Source of the DNA: Eledone cirrhosa
Taxonomy: Eukaryota
Assembly: GCA_964016885.1 (NCBI GenBank)
Contig: CAXHJY010000944.1
Location: 1 to 64,000, forward strand
Length of the DNA stretch: 64,000 nt
Reading direction: 5' to 3'
Within the stretch, counting starts at the first letter, position 1. Each line of letters starts with the position of its first letter. Position numbers and translations under genes: made by a program. Under the pieces are notes generated by a model that ran no database searches, was not told the DNA's origin, and worked only from the letters and a program-made list of their open reading frames with translations. Of this stretch, positions 28,276-38,982 are shown in pieces.

Positions 28276-28671
28276 TCATGTTTAGTCGGTAAATATTGTA
28301 ATTGAAACTCATCACAAGTTTATTTTTATAGGTAGGTTACATCATAAAATACAATACCTTCTCCCTGGCATCATATAAAATTCTGTGTCTCTGTTATGGG
28401 TTAATTTCTATAGATTATTGTCTTGTCTTTTACTCCATGGACACTGCTTTGGCTTATGTCTGATGCAGTGACCCCCAGATGGACCACCAGTACATCTGTA
28501 GGGATTGAAACTGCTAGAGGTCCATCTCAATGACTGAAGACATTGAAGTTTTGTCTTTCGTTTATGTTATTTTCAAAACATTTTTTTTAAGCTTTCTTCC
28601 TTCAAAACAATTTTTTTCATTTTGCCTTGTTTTTGTTCGTTGTTTTCTCTTTGTTAATTTTCCTAATTTTA

Positions 28672-29681
28672 TCTATATATTAATTTCAAGAATGTCAGTA
28701 TTCCGTGTGTCATAATTCTCGATTATCATTGGTTCATAGGTTTCAAACGACTCCGCCCACCCCAACGACGCCAAACTTAAATTAATATGCATAATGCCAA
28801 TGAGACATGTGTGTGATGTGTGTGGAAATAAGAGGGGAAGGAAAGCAATAACTATTAATATGTGTGCGTGTGTATGTACGTGCGCGTATGTTTATGTGTG
28901 TGTGTGCGTGCGTGCAGCGTTCCACAGAAAGTAAAAACTATCAACATGTGTGAGTGTATGCGTGTGTGTAAGTGACCGGGTGCGTGTGTAAGTTTGGGTG
29001 CGTGTGCGCGTTTTAAATGCGTGTATGTGTGTGTACGTATGCGTGTATGCGTGCGGCGTTCCACAATCGCCACGCAGTTTATCTGTCTGTGTGCCTGTCT
29101 GTCAGTCTAACATACACAGAGTTGTGAAGGGCGTAAATAGGGACCTTTTTTTACATTGACGGACATCTTTTATATTATTTTTGTGTCATATAATTTGTTG
29201 TTTTATTATTATAGCTGACCACTTATAGATAAGCATGTTATCCATATACATATTAATTTGGCATTTGTATAAACCATTTCAAGTAAATAGGGACCTTTTT
29301 TACATTGACGGACATCTTTTATATCAATTATCTATATCTACATATAATATAAAAGATTGGAACTTCCATCATCCTTTTGAGAAACGTGGAACAACCACGT
29401 CTATGCAATGATACACGTTTTACAGTCAGGCAGAAGATGAACCATCTCCTAGAGGTCACTATTCTAGGTGGGAGCACCTAGAATTGTTCATATACTATGC
29501 ACAAACGGTACAACGAAGAATCTGGTATACCTGGAGGATTTTTCTTACTGTTTTTTTTGTATCACACAGACACCACGGACTCGCCTCATACTGTAACCAG
29601 ACATCCAATACAGTCATTTTCTCTTTTACCTGTCTTCTCTTATCATCTGTTTACCCGGGCGAAGCTGGGTACGTCAGCTAG
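28672..29681 (+). mobile_element. Non-autonomous Helitron (composite)
   Basis: A|TCTATATAT 5' end; 3' hairpin TACCCGGGCGAAGCTGGGTA followed by CTAG|T; no TSD; second 5'-like end at 29331. Confidence 0.75.
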
Positions 29682-29727
29682 TTATTATTAATCTGTGACA
29701 AATGTGCTTTCTCCCACCAATAACTTC

Positions 29728-29892
29728 ATAGGTTACATTGTACCTATAGGTTACATTGTACCGATAGGTTACACTGTACCGATAGGTTACATTGTACCGA
29801 TAGGTTACATTATGCCTATAGGTTACATTGTACCTATAGGTTACATTGTACCTATAGGTTACATTGTACCTATAGGTTACATTGTACCTATA
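29728..29892. repeat. 18-bp minisatellite (ATAGGTTACATTGTACCT), about 9 copies
   Basis: Direct tandem repeat. Confidence 0.95.
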
Positions 29893-29904
29893 TACGAAGT
29901 GTGA

Positions 29905-30056
29905 TGTTGCAGAGTTGTGACAGAGATTGTCTGACATCACTGAGTTGTGACAGAGATTGTCTGACATCACTGAGTTGTGACAGAGATTGTCTGACATCAC
30001 TGAGTTGTGACAGAGATTGTCTAACATCACTGACAGTTGTGACAGAGATTGTCTGA
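29905..30056. repeat. 30-bp minisatellite (CTGAGTTGTGACAGAGATTGTCTGACATCA), about 5 copies
   Basis: Direct tandem repeat. Confidence 0.93.
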
Positions 30057-30696
30057 TAAGGCTCCAGGTTTCATCCCCCACCATAGCAACTTGGGTACAT
30101 GTCTAGCCATGGATTGAACAATACCTTCTGAATGAAATTTGGTTGCGGTATTTCTAACTTCCATTCTACCAGCTTTCTCAAAACAATCCTGACCACACAT
30201 TTCCCTATACTTCCTATAAACTATACTACTTTGTTATTTATTCTAATTTACCCCCAGTTCTCCCTCTCAAGTGAAAACCTTCTTTAGAATTTTTTCTTTC
30301 TATTTATTTAAACTTTTGTTATTTCCACCTCTGTCAGCACAGATCAAGTGAACCTATCATCAGAACTACATTAATAACTCCTCCATCTTTTCTCTAGATA
30401 TAACATCATCAATGTCTCTCCTTTTTTCACGGTGGTAGGATTAGATTTGAGGCAAATTTGGCTGCTAATTTTAATAACCACATAGAACCTCTCCTGTTGG
30501 CTCATATTTTTCTTTTCCAATTACATAATTATTTTATTATGGTGAAAGATATGAGAACAAGCTGGAAACATCTGGAGTTTATTTCATCTGTATTAACAGA
30601 CATTTATCTAGATATTGTAATTTAAAATTAATTCCAGAATGGATACTTTATTTGTTTATTAGCTTTGTTAATTAATATCACTATTTATAAAGGAGT

Positions 30697-30980
30697 GGAG
30701 GTGAGTTGCTTAGTGGTAAGGGTGTTGGACTTACGATCATAATGTCGTGGGTTTGATTCCTGGGCTGGGTTGTGTGTTGCGTTCTTGAGCAAAACACTTC
30801 ATTTCACGTTGCTCCAGTATACTCAGCTGAAAATGAGTACCAGTAATAGCTGAGGGTTTAACCCTGTGATGGACTGGTGTCTTGTCCAGGGGGAAGTCTT
30901 GTACTCTCAGTCACTTCATGCCACAAAACCAGGATAAGCACCAACCTGATGAGCCTCCTGGCTTGAGACAGGCTTTAGAC
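30697..30980 (+). mobile_element. SINE family B (CORE-like)
   Basis: Homologous to 16945-17225. Confidence 0.8.
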
Positions 30981-31134
30981 TAGATTTGGATTTATAAAGG
31001 GGTTGCTATATTATATGTGGTGATTAGAATGTCTGCATTCTGAGTTCAAATCCCACCAAGGTCAACTTTGTTTTCAGTGCCAGTTCAATATGAGGATCAA
31101 CTTTTATTCTCTCTCTCTGGAAGATTGTGTGAAT

Positions 31135-31407
31135 TACGGGTATGTCTGCATGTGTGTGTGTGAATACAGGTATGTCTGCATGTGTGTGAATACAGGTATG
31201 TCTGCATGTGTGTGTGAATGCAGGTATGTCTGTGTGTGTGTGTGTGTATGTGAATACAGGTATGTCTGCGTGTGTGTGTGTATGTCAATACAGGTATGTC
31301 TATGTGTGTGTGTGTGTGTGAATACAGGCATGTCTACGTGTGTGTGTGTGAATACAGGTATGTCTGCATGTGTGAGTGTGTGTGTGTGTGTGAATACAGG
31401 TATGTCT

Positions 31408-31447
<40 letters not shown>

Positions 31448-31455
31448 ACAAGTAT
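31135..31455. repeat. GAATACAGGTATGTCT+(GT)n compound minisatellite
   Basis: Constant motif separated by variable GT runs. Confidence 0.85.
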
Positions 31456-31503
31456 GTGTGCATGTGCATATGCTTTGTATCTGTACATGTGTATATGCAG
31501 TTA

Positions 31504-31758
31504 TTAGATGCAACATTTCTGGAATGTTTTACACTTATTTACTGTTCCATTAATGGATTGTACTTGTAGTTTCCTACCTAGTTGTGTTCTTTCTGTTCCT
31601 GTGAAGCCCAGCTTCTCAAGATTTGTATTGAGGCAGTTACTAACATATCCCAGTGCCCCAATAATCACTGGTATAAATCTGAAAATGTAATCAGGGTTGA
31701 GTATCTGCATATTTCTCATTAGTTCTGCATAAATATTCTCTTTTATATTATATTGGCA

Positions 31759-31760
<2 letters not shown>
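31504..31760 (-). pseudogene. 3' fragment of an RLE-type (R4/NeSL-like) non-LTR retrotransposon
   Basis: KENIYAEL...FIPVIIGALG motif typical of the restriction-like endonuclease C-terminus. Confidence 0.6.
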
Positions 31761-31790
<30 letters not shown>

Positions 31791-31795
31791 ACATA

Positions 31796-32835
31796 CATGG
31801 TGGTGGCTGCCAACTCGTTTTCGAGTACGGCCACTACTTTATATCCATGTAGGAGAACCCCTACCGATGCGCTGAACGAGTGTGACTTTTTAGTCCAGCC
31901 TGCGACATGAAAACTCTGGTACAAACACTACACTTGTAACAATTATTGACACATAGTGCTGGGCCCATGGTACCATGTGACGACAAGTGCAGAGAGATCT
32001 CCAGATATAAAGCAATGCCTGTGCCGTGAAGCTTTTATAGTGAGCAAAGGCACTGCACAAAGCCTGTCCCACTCTCTTAACCAAGATGATATTTACCAAA
32101 AAGAAGAACAAGTCAACATCATTGGATACCATCAGGGTTGCAGGTGTTATATCAGAGTTTTCCTTCTCCTAGAATTCTGCCTTGACAAAGGCTAAGGGGT
32201 CATCTCTCCCGGTGTATACATACATATGGTGGCTGCCAACTCGTTTTCGAGTACGGCCACTACTTTATATCCATATAGGAGAACCCCTACCGATGCGCTG
32301 AACGAGTGTGACCTTTTAGTCCAGCCAGCGACTTGAAAATTCTGGTACAAACACTACACTTGTGACAAATATTGACACATAGTGCTGGGCCCATGTTACC
32401 CTGTGACGACAAGTGCAGAGAGATTTCCAGATATAAAGCAATGCCTGTGCCGTGAAGCTTTTATAGTGAGCAAAGGCACTGCACAAAGCCAGTCCCACTC
32501 TCTTAACCAAGATGATATTTACCAAAAAGAAGAACAAGTCAACATCATTGGATACCATCAGAGTTGCAGGTGTTACATCAGAGTTTTCCTTCTCCTAGAA
32601 TTCTGCCTTGACAAAGGCTAAGGGGTCATCTCTCCCGGTGATTTTGGATGGCCATTGACTCTTAAGAGCTCCTTTGCCCTTTGACAGGTCTTGTTTTTAG
32701 TCCTGCAGGATGTCCAAAGTCACCCTCCTCACCAAGAAACCTTGGTGGGGTTGCCAGTTTAGTCGCCAACGACCCGACCATGAGACAGGTTGTACTGGGA
32801 TACATGTTACCAGTAGCACCAACTGGTGACCTGAC
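31796..32835 (-). mobile_element. Non-coding RTE-derived element with a tandem ~415-bp partial duplicate
   Basis: 31799-32215 closely matches 32226-32640; minus strand carries TCTAGGAGAAGGAAAACTCTGA, which resembles RTE 5'-UTR sequence; flanked by (TACA/TATG)n. Confidence 0.55.
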
Positions 32836-32924
32836 ATACATACATACATACATACATACATACATACATACATACATACATACATACATACATACATACA
32901 TACATACATACATACATACATACA

Positions 32925-32955
<31 letters not shown>

Positions 32956-32980
32956 GTATGTATGTATGTATGTATGTATG
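32834..32980. repeat. (TACA)n/(TATG)n microsatellite
   Basis: Visible tetranucleotide tract. Confidence 0.95.
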
Positions 32981-33314
32981 GAATATGTGTGCATATATAT
33001 TTATACATACATATGTCTGGTGTGATAAGCTTCCAGGCTTGAGAGTTCAGTTCACCATTCTACCATAGAGTCAATAACAATGGCACATCGTGTCTGTTAC
33101 AGAATATGTCTTTTATTGTGTTTTACACCAACAGAAGCCCTTTAAGAGGCAGCAGAAGACAGGCAAAATAGACAGACAGTCAGTCCAGCAGACGGACAGG
33201 CAAACAGACAGTCAGTCCAGCAGACAGACGGACAGACAGACATACAGACGAAGGACAGACAGACAATGGTTTTATGTAGGGGTTGGTTGTCATGATGAGT
33301 ATCATTACAGGGAC

Positions 33315-33329
33315 CACCATTGCTGTCCT

Positions 33330-33370
<41 letters not shown>

Positions 33371-33381
33371 TTGCTGTCCTC

Positions 33382-33412
<31 letters not shown>

Positions 33413-33422
33413 TTGCTGTCCT

Positions 33423-33475
<53 letters not shown>

Positions 33476-33522
33476 TTGCTGTCCTCACTACTACTACTAC
33501 TACTACCACCATTGCTGTCCTC

Positions 33523-33553
<31 letters not shown>

Positions 33554-33566
33554 TTGCTGTCCTCAC

Positions 33567-33598
<32 letters not shown>

Positions 33599-34180
33599 TT
33601 GCTGTCCTCACTACTTCTACTACTACTACTACTACTACCACCATTGCTGTCCTCACTACTTCTACTACTACTACTACCATTGCTGTCTTGACTACTACTA
33701 CTACTACTACTGCTACTACTACTGCTGCTGCTACTACTACTACTACTACTGCTGCTGCTACTACTACTACTACTACTACTACTGCTACTACTACCGTTCT
33801 GACTACTACTACTACTACTACTACTACCATTGCTGTCCTGACTACTACTACTACCACCATTGCTGTCCCTACTACTACTACTATTGCTGTTCTGATTACT
33901 ACTACTGCTACTACTACTACTACTACTGCTGCTGTTACTACTACTACTACTGCTACTGCTACTACTGCTACTACTACCACAACTACTACTACCACTACTA
34001 CTACCACTACCACTATTACTACTACTACTACCACTATTACTACTATTACTACTACCATTACTACCACTACTACTACCACTATCACTACCACCACCTCCAC
34101 CACCACCGCCACCACCACCACCGCCACCACCACCACTTCTACTACCACCACCACCACTACTACCACCACCCCACCACCAC
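33315..34180. repeat. Compound repeat: CACCATTGCTGTCCTCA separated by variable (CTA)n, grading into (CAC)n
   Basis: Visible structure; explains the poly-Y/T/V/L ORFs in the track. Confidence 0.93.
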
Positions 34181-34449
34181 CTTTTCCCCTCTCCCCATCA
34201 CCACTTCACCTACTTACTGCAATCATGAACATATGAGTACATACTTGTGAGTGTGTACTTGTGAGTGTGTACATGTGAGTGTGTACATGTGAGTGTGTAC
34301 ATGTGAGTGTGTACATGTAAGTGTGTACAGGCTTGCATGTGCCTGTGTGCTCATACACGTGTCACTGTGCGTTAGTGTGTGTACTTGCATGCATGTATAT
34401 CTATGTGTGTTTCTATGTGTACACATGCTTGCACGTACATATGTTCACA

Positions 34450-34534
<85 letters not shown>

Positions 34535-34667
34535 TTCTGTGTGTGTATTAGTGTGCATATGTGCATCTGTGTAATATGTGTACCTGCATATATATATGTG
34601 TGTATATGTGTGTGTTTCTGTGTACACATGCATGTATGAATTTATGTGTTTGTGTGTCTGTGTATGT

Positions 34668-35595
34668 GGGTTTGATGATAGTTTGTGACCGAGACATACA
34701 AACTCCCTAACTTGAGCAATTTGCTGGTTGTAGATTGTGAGTTGGAGATTGGCATTGTTTTTATCAGTTGTCATACATTTTGCTTTGGAGATGTTGTGTA
34801 AGCCAGCCTCCAGAGAATGTTTGGCCAGTACATTCAGAAAGTCTTGCAGGTCAGTTCTAGAGTAACTCATGATGGCCAGATTGTCTGCATAGCTAAGATT
34901 TGATAGGATTTTACCTCCTATTTGATAGCCAGAAGAGCATTCTTATTCAGTTTGGTGGATAAGTGCAGCTATAACTATACAGAAAAGAAGTGCTGATAGT
35001 AAATCTCCCTGCTTAACTCCCTTCAAGATGTCTCTACACCGTGTAGTTCCCAAGTCTGTTTTGATATATGCTGTTGAGTTGGCGTTTCTTTCAATAGGTT
35101 GCTCTAGGTTGGGCAGCTTTCAACAAGAACAAGGAAGTACTAACATCAAAACGAGTTTCCTACCATTTGAAGGCTAAGATCTTTGATACTTACATACTAC
35201 CAGTTGTGTTATATGGACGACAAGGTCACTTCAGAAGCTCTCTACATTCCAGAACCACATCATGAGACTTATGACTGGCAAGTGGCTCAGCGACCATATC
35301 TGTAACAGTGAGCTGCTCAACATTACCAAACTTAGATCAATTACATCAATTGTCAAGTCAAGAGTACTCAAACTATACGGTCATATAAAAAGATCAACTC
35401 ATGGTGTGAGTAGGTTATGCCTGGAAGGAAGGTTGGCTGGTAAGAGAAGTAGAGGCCGGCAGCCAAAACAATGGCTTGATAATGTCAACCTATGGACTGG
35501 ACTTGATCTTTGGTTGGTGATCGAACTTTGTAGAGAGAGATATCACATGTTGATGTGCAGTCTGCAACTGGCGGAGTTTAGCGTCACAAGAAGTA
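34668..35595. mobile_element. Decayed RTE-group LINE with an inverted 5' segment
   Basis: Minus strand 34668-~35090: GVKQGD...LSYADN...FVCLGHKLSS; plus strand ~35105-35595: LGWAAF...LYGHIKR...GKRSRGR. Confidence 0.75.
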
Positions 35596-35928
35596 TGTGG
35601 GTGTTTGTGTGTGTATGTGCATATATATATGTATATATGTGTTTATGTATATATATATATCTATGTGTGTGTGTGTGAAGAAATAGAGATGGTGTGTACA
35701 ATTTTAACCTAAAAATATAGCTGAGCTTAAGAAGTTGTTAGCTATGACCAGTCCTTCCATGTAAGTATATATGTGTATGTTTGTATATATGTTTGTGCAT
35801 ATACACATTATCATCATCATAATCATCATGTATTTGTAATGACTAAAACCAAATTAAAAATTAATACAAAAATCAATAACAAAAATCAATAACAAAATAT
35901 CAGATTGCTTCTATTTCTCTAAACTGAC

Positions 35929-36082
35929 ATGAATCTGTGTAATGTCCAAGTGTAGGTGAGAGGAAATTGGACATCTCCTGATACAATGTCAGCAAATATT
36001 CTATATAATCTTCTAAAGCCGTGCTTAGATAAACTGCCAGCAAAGATTTCCAGAAATATGTTCACTAATATACTATAATCCT
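35929..36082 (-). CDS. Candidate host-gene exon (unidentified protein)
   Basis: ttcttcag acceptor, GTCAGT donor, open 154 nt: DYSILVNIFLEIFAGSLSKHGFRRLYRIFADIVSGDVQFPLTYTWTLHRF; non-repetitive sequence. Confidence 0.4.
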
Positions 36083-36124
36083 CTGAAGAACATCCCTCTC
36101 TCTCTACACACACACACACACACA

Positions 36125-36211
<87 letters not shown>

Positions 36212-36603
36212 GGGTTCAATTGGGGGTAACCACAGTAAGTAAGGTACCCAATACATTTGTAGAGAGTGAACACAATGTTTGATATAGAAATGGCTTCTAC
36301 TGGACTAGAACTGTTTCATTCGAAAGAAATCATCAGGAAAGCTTTTCCCTGTCATTTCATTTTATTAAGGCTAAATAGTGAGTCTTGTTGCCTGGAGTTC
36401 ACCTGTTTATCACAGGGTCATGAGACTGATGACCCTGTGATAAACAGGTGAAACACGTGGAAATAAATCTGAAAAATTAATAAGCAGGGTGGGGGTGATT
36501 ATTTGAGACCCGAGAGTACATGAGTTTATGTTTGAGTCAAGTTGAGAAGGTTAAAAGTTTCATCAAACTTTGTTAACTATAGAAACATAGTTTAACCCTT
36601 TAG

Positions 36604-37026
36604 CATTTACATTACTCTATATATACTATTGTATTTTCACAGTAAAGGCTTTACCTCACATAATATCTCACATAACATTTACATTACTCTATATATACTA
36701 TTGTATTTTCACAGTAAAGGCTTTACCTCACATAATATCTCACATAACATTTACATTACTCTATATATACTATTGTATTTTCATGGTAAAGGCTTTACCT
36801 CACATAATATCTCACATAACATTTACATTACTCTATATATACTATTGTATTTTCACAATAAAGGCTTTACCTCACATAATATCTCACATAACATTTACAT
36901 TACTCTATATATACTATTGTATTTTCACAATAAAGGCTTTATCTCACATAACATTTACATTACTCTATATATACTATTGTATTTTCACAGTAAAGGCTTT
37001 ACCTCACATAATATCTCACATAACAT
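36604..37026. repeat. 72-bp minisatellite, about 6 units, left of the LINE
   Basis: Unit CATTTACATTACTCTATATATACTATTGTATTTTCACAGTAAAGG...; resumes at 42655. Confidence 0.93.
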
Positions 37027-37236
37027 CTCGTATACGAGAAACGTGTGTTGACGTGTGTGAACAAGCTCGGTTACCGAGTCGGATTTACTTACTCAAAAGT
37101 GAGTTTTGATTAATTTTTTTATACTGTAATATACGTTAACCCCTTGCCTTGGTCGTCAAACTTTGAGTTTATTTATTTTCGCCCCTTTTTGGGGCGAATT
37201 TTCCAGTTAAAAATTTATTACGGCAAAATAATAGAA

Positions 37237-38961
37237 ATGGACGGAATTTTCACATCTCATCCTAACGTGAAAGCCACGCCCCCTAAGAAAGGTGATACAG
37301 AGAAGCGAGAAGCACAAGGCTCTAAGTCTTCCCTCCTCACTTCTGCAAAAGAAACATGGAACACGGAATTAAAAGAAAAATTTGTAAAAATTATTGAAAA
37401 CCCAGAAAGTCACATAAACGCAGACAAAAACAACAACGACAATAACAGCAATAGTCACAACACCAATCAAGGAAAAAATAACGATAACACCAAACAAAAC
37501 GAACCCACTACTGGTGCCTCCTTTGCACAGGCGGTCCGGAAAACACAAACCTGCAAGCAACTGGACATTACAACTCTGAGAGAAAAGATGAAGGAAGCGA
37601 AACAGTATGTAACTTTCAAAGAAGGAGGAGACTTCACAATCACCTCCCCACAAGAAATCAAAAGAGACACGACGCTAAGAACGATATCTTTCAGAACAAT
37701 TTCCAACATAACAAGGAAACCAGCTCAATTATCCCAAAAAGAGATTGAGTTGGTCCTAAAAAATGCGTGGAGTGATATATCGTTCATACAAAAAGGGCCA
37801 CTCTATGGGAATATGACGGTCCTAATGAAGGATCAATTGACGGCCAGGAAATACTCTGTGGCACCAATTGTTTCCAAGCTACATACATTTTTCCCCACAT
37901 ATTTAGGGAAAAGAACGCAGAAAATAAGGGTCTCCGGAATCCGGCCAAATGCATGCATTTCCTGGGTACTAACAGGATTTTTAGAAGACGAGGACGGAAT
38001 CCTCTCAGTAGGAGAAGTCACCACAGACGTTTTCGGCGGTTTGAGCGTGGAGGTTCTGGTCCAAATGAGACCAGAACGAATAGCTAGAATACCACAGAGG
38101 GTGTCCCTCGATGGAGAAACATTTATATACATTTCAGCCGAGGGTAGGAGGCCCATATGTTACTACTGTTCAAGCAGGGGTCATCTAAGGGCTGCTTGTC
38201 CGCAATTGACAAAAAAAAAGGCTCTTTTGCCTACACCCCACACACCACAACCGCCACCACCACCACCACCACCACAACAACAACAAAAACAACACGGAAA
38301 AATAACACAAGACACGGCCCCACCCAAAACAACTCCCAAAACACACACAAATACAACAAAACCCCAAAATACACCACTACCCGACAGCACGGACGAGGAC
38401 CCAGCTGAAACGGCACCTAGTGACGAAGAGGGGGAACCCTTCCAACCTGTAAAAAGGAAAAAAAGAAAGCACCACTCGAACATAAACGAAACAAACACAC
38501 AACCACCAACAAAAACAAAACAAACAGAACAAACAAAATCCGCCCCACCCCAAAACATAACACATACAACAAAACGTAAGCACACACAAGAACAACAAAC
38601 AAACACAACACAAATAAAACAGTATACATACATTAACACAAATAACAAAGAACTCGTAAAAACAATACACAAAGACCCTTCGGTGGAAACTGAAGGGCAA
38701 TTCTTTGCAAGCGCGGCCAACAAACCGCATTTAAAAATGATAAGACTCCCAATGGACACCTATGCAAAACTAAGAGAAAACTTTCCTGAGGACGTGGGGA
38801 AAACATGTACTCGACCCTATAACCGCGTCCTCTTGAAACGTTTCCCCACCCACACCTCACCAAACACCCCCACTCCACCACAGAACAACACCCCACCAAA
38901 CAACCCCTCCAATACGCCCATGGATATTGTGCAACCTGCTCCTCAGGAGCCGAACAGGTAG
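37237..38961 (+). CDS. LINE ORF1, gag-like protein with a CCHC zinc knuckle
   Basis: CYYCSSRGHLRAAC (CX2CX4HX4C); first ATG at 37237 (the track starts at an upstream TTG); Pro/Thr-rich tail with KRKKRK. Confidence 0.88.
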   Translation: MDGIFTSHPNVKATPPKKGDTEKREAQGSKSSLLTSAKETWNTELKEKFVKIIENPESHINADKNNNDNNSNSHNTNQGKNNDNTKQNEPTTGASFAQAVRKTQTCKQLDITTLREKMKEAKQYVTFKEGGDFTITSPQEIKRDTTLRTISFRTISNITRKPAQLSQKEIELVLKNAWSDISFIQKGPLYGNMTVLMKDQLTARKYSVAPIVSKLHTFFPTYLGKRTQKIRVSGIRPNACISWVLTGFLEDEDGILSVGEVTTDVFGGLSVEVLVQMRPERIARIPQRVSLDGETFIYISAEGRRPICYYCSSRGHLRAACPQLTKKKALLPTPHTPQPPPPPPPPQQQQKQHGKITQDTAPPKTTPKTHTNTTKPQNTPLPDSTDEDPAETAPSDEEGEPFQPVKRKKRKHHSNINETNTQPPTKTKQTEQTKSAPPQNITHTTKRKHTQEQQTNTTQIKQYTYINTNNKELVKTIHKDPSVETEGQFFASAANKPHLKMIRLPMDTYAKLRENFPEDVGKTCTRPYNRVLLKRFPTHTSPNTPTPPQNNTPPNNPSNTPMDIVQPAPQEPNR

Positions 38962-38982
38962 GTCCTTCCTCTTTTAACCAAC

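Noticed and set aside
30940-30975. CTGATGAG hammerhead-like core in the SINE B tail (also at 17192)
   Set aside because: No GAAA follows the putative stem II.
33090-34250. Long His/Cys/Tyr, poly-Thr and poly-Val ORFs, and a CRISPR-like constant motif with variable spacers
   Set aside because: The spacers are just (CTA)n runs, the ORFs arise from stop-free trinucleotide repeats, and there are no cas genes in this eukaryotic context.
36629-37109. 140-aa and 108-aa repeat ORFs upstream of the Tx1 ORF1
   Set aside because: They are read-throughs of the 72-bp minisatellite.
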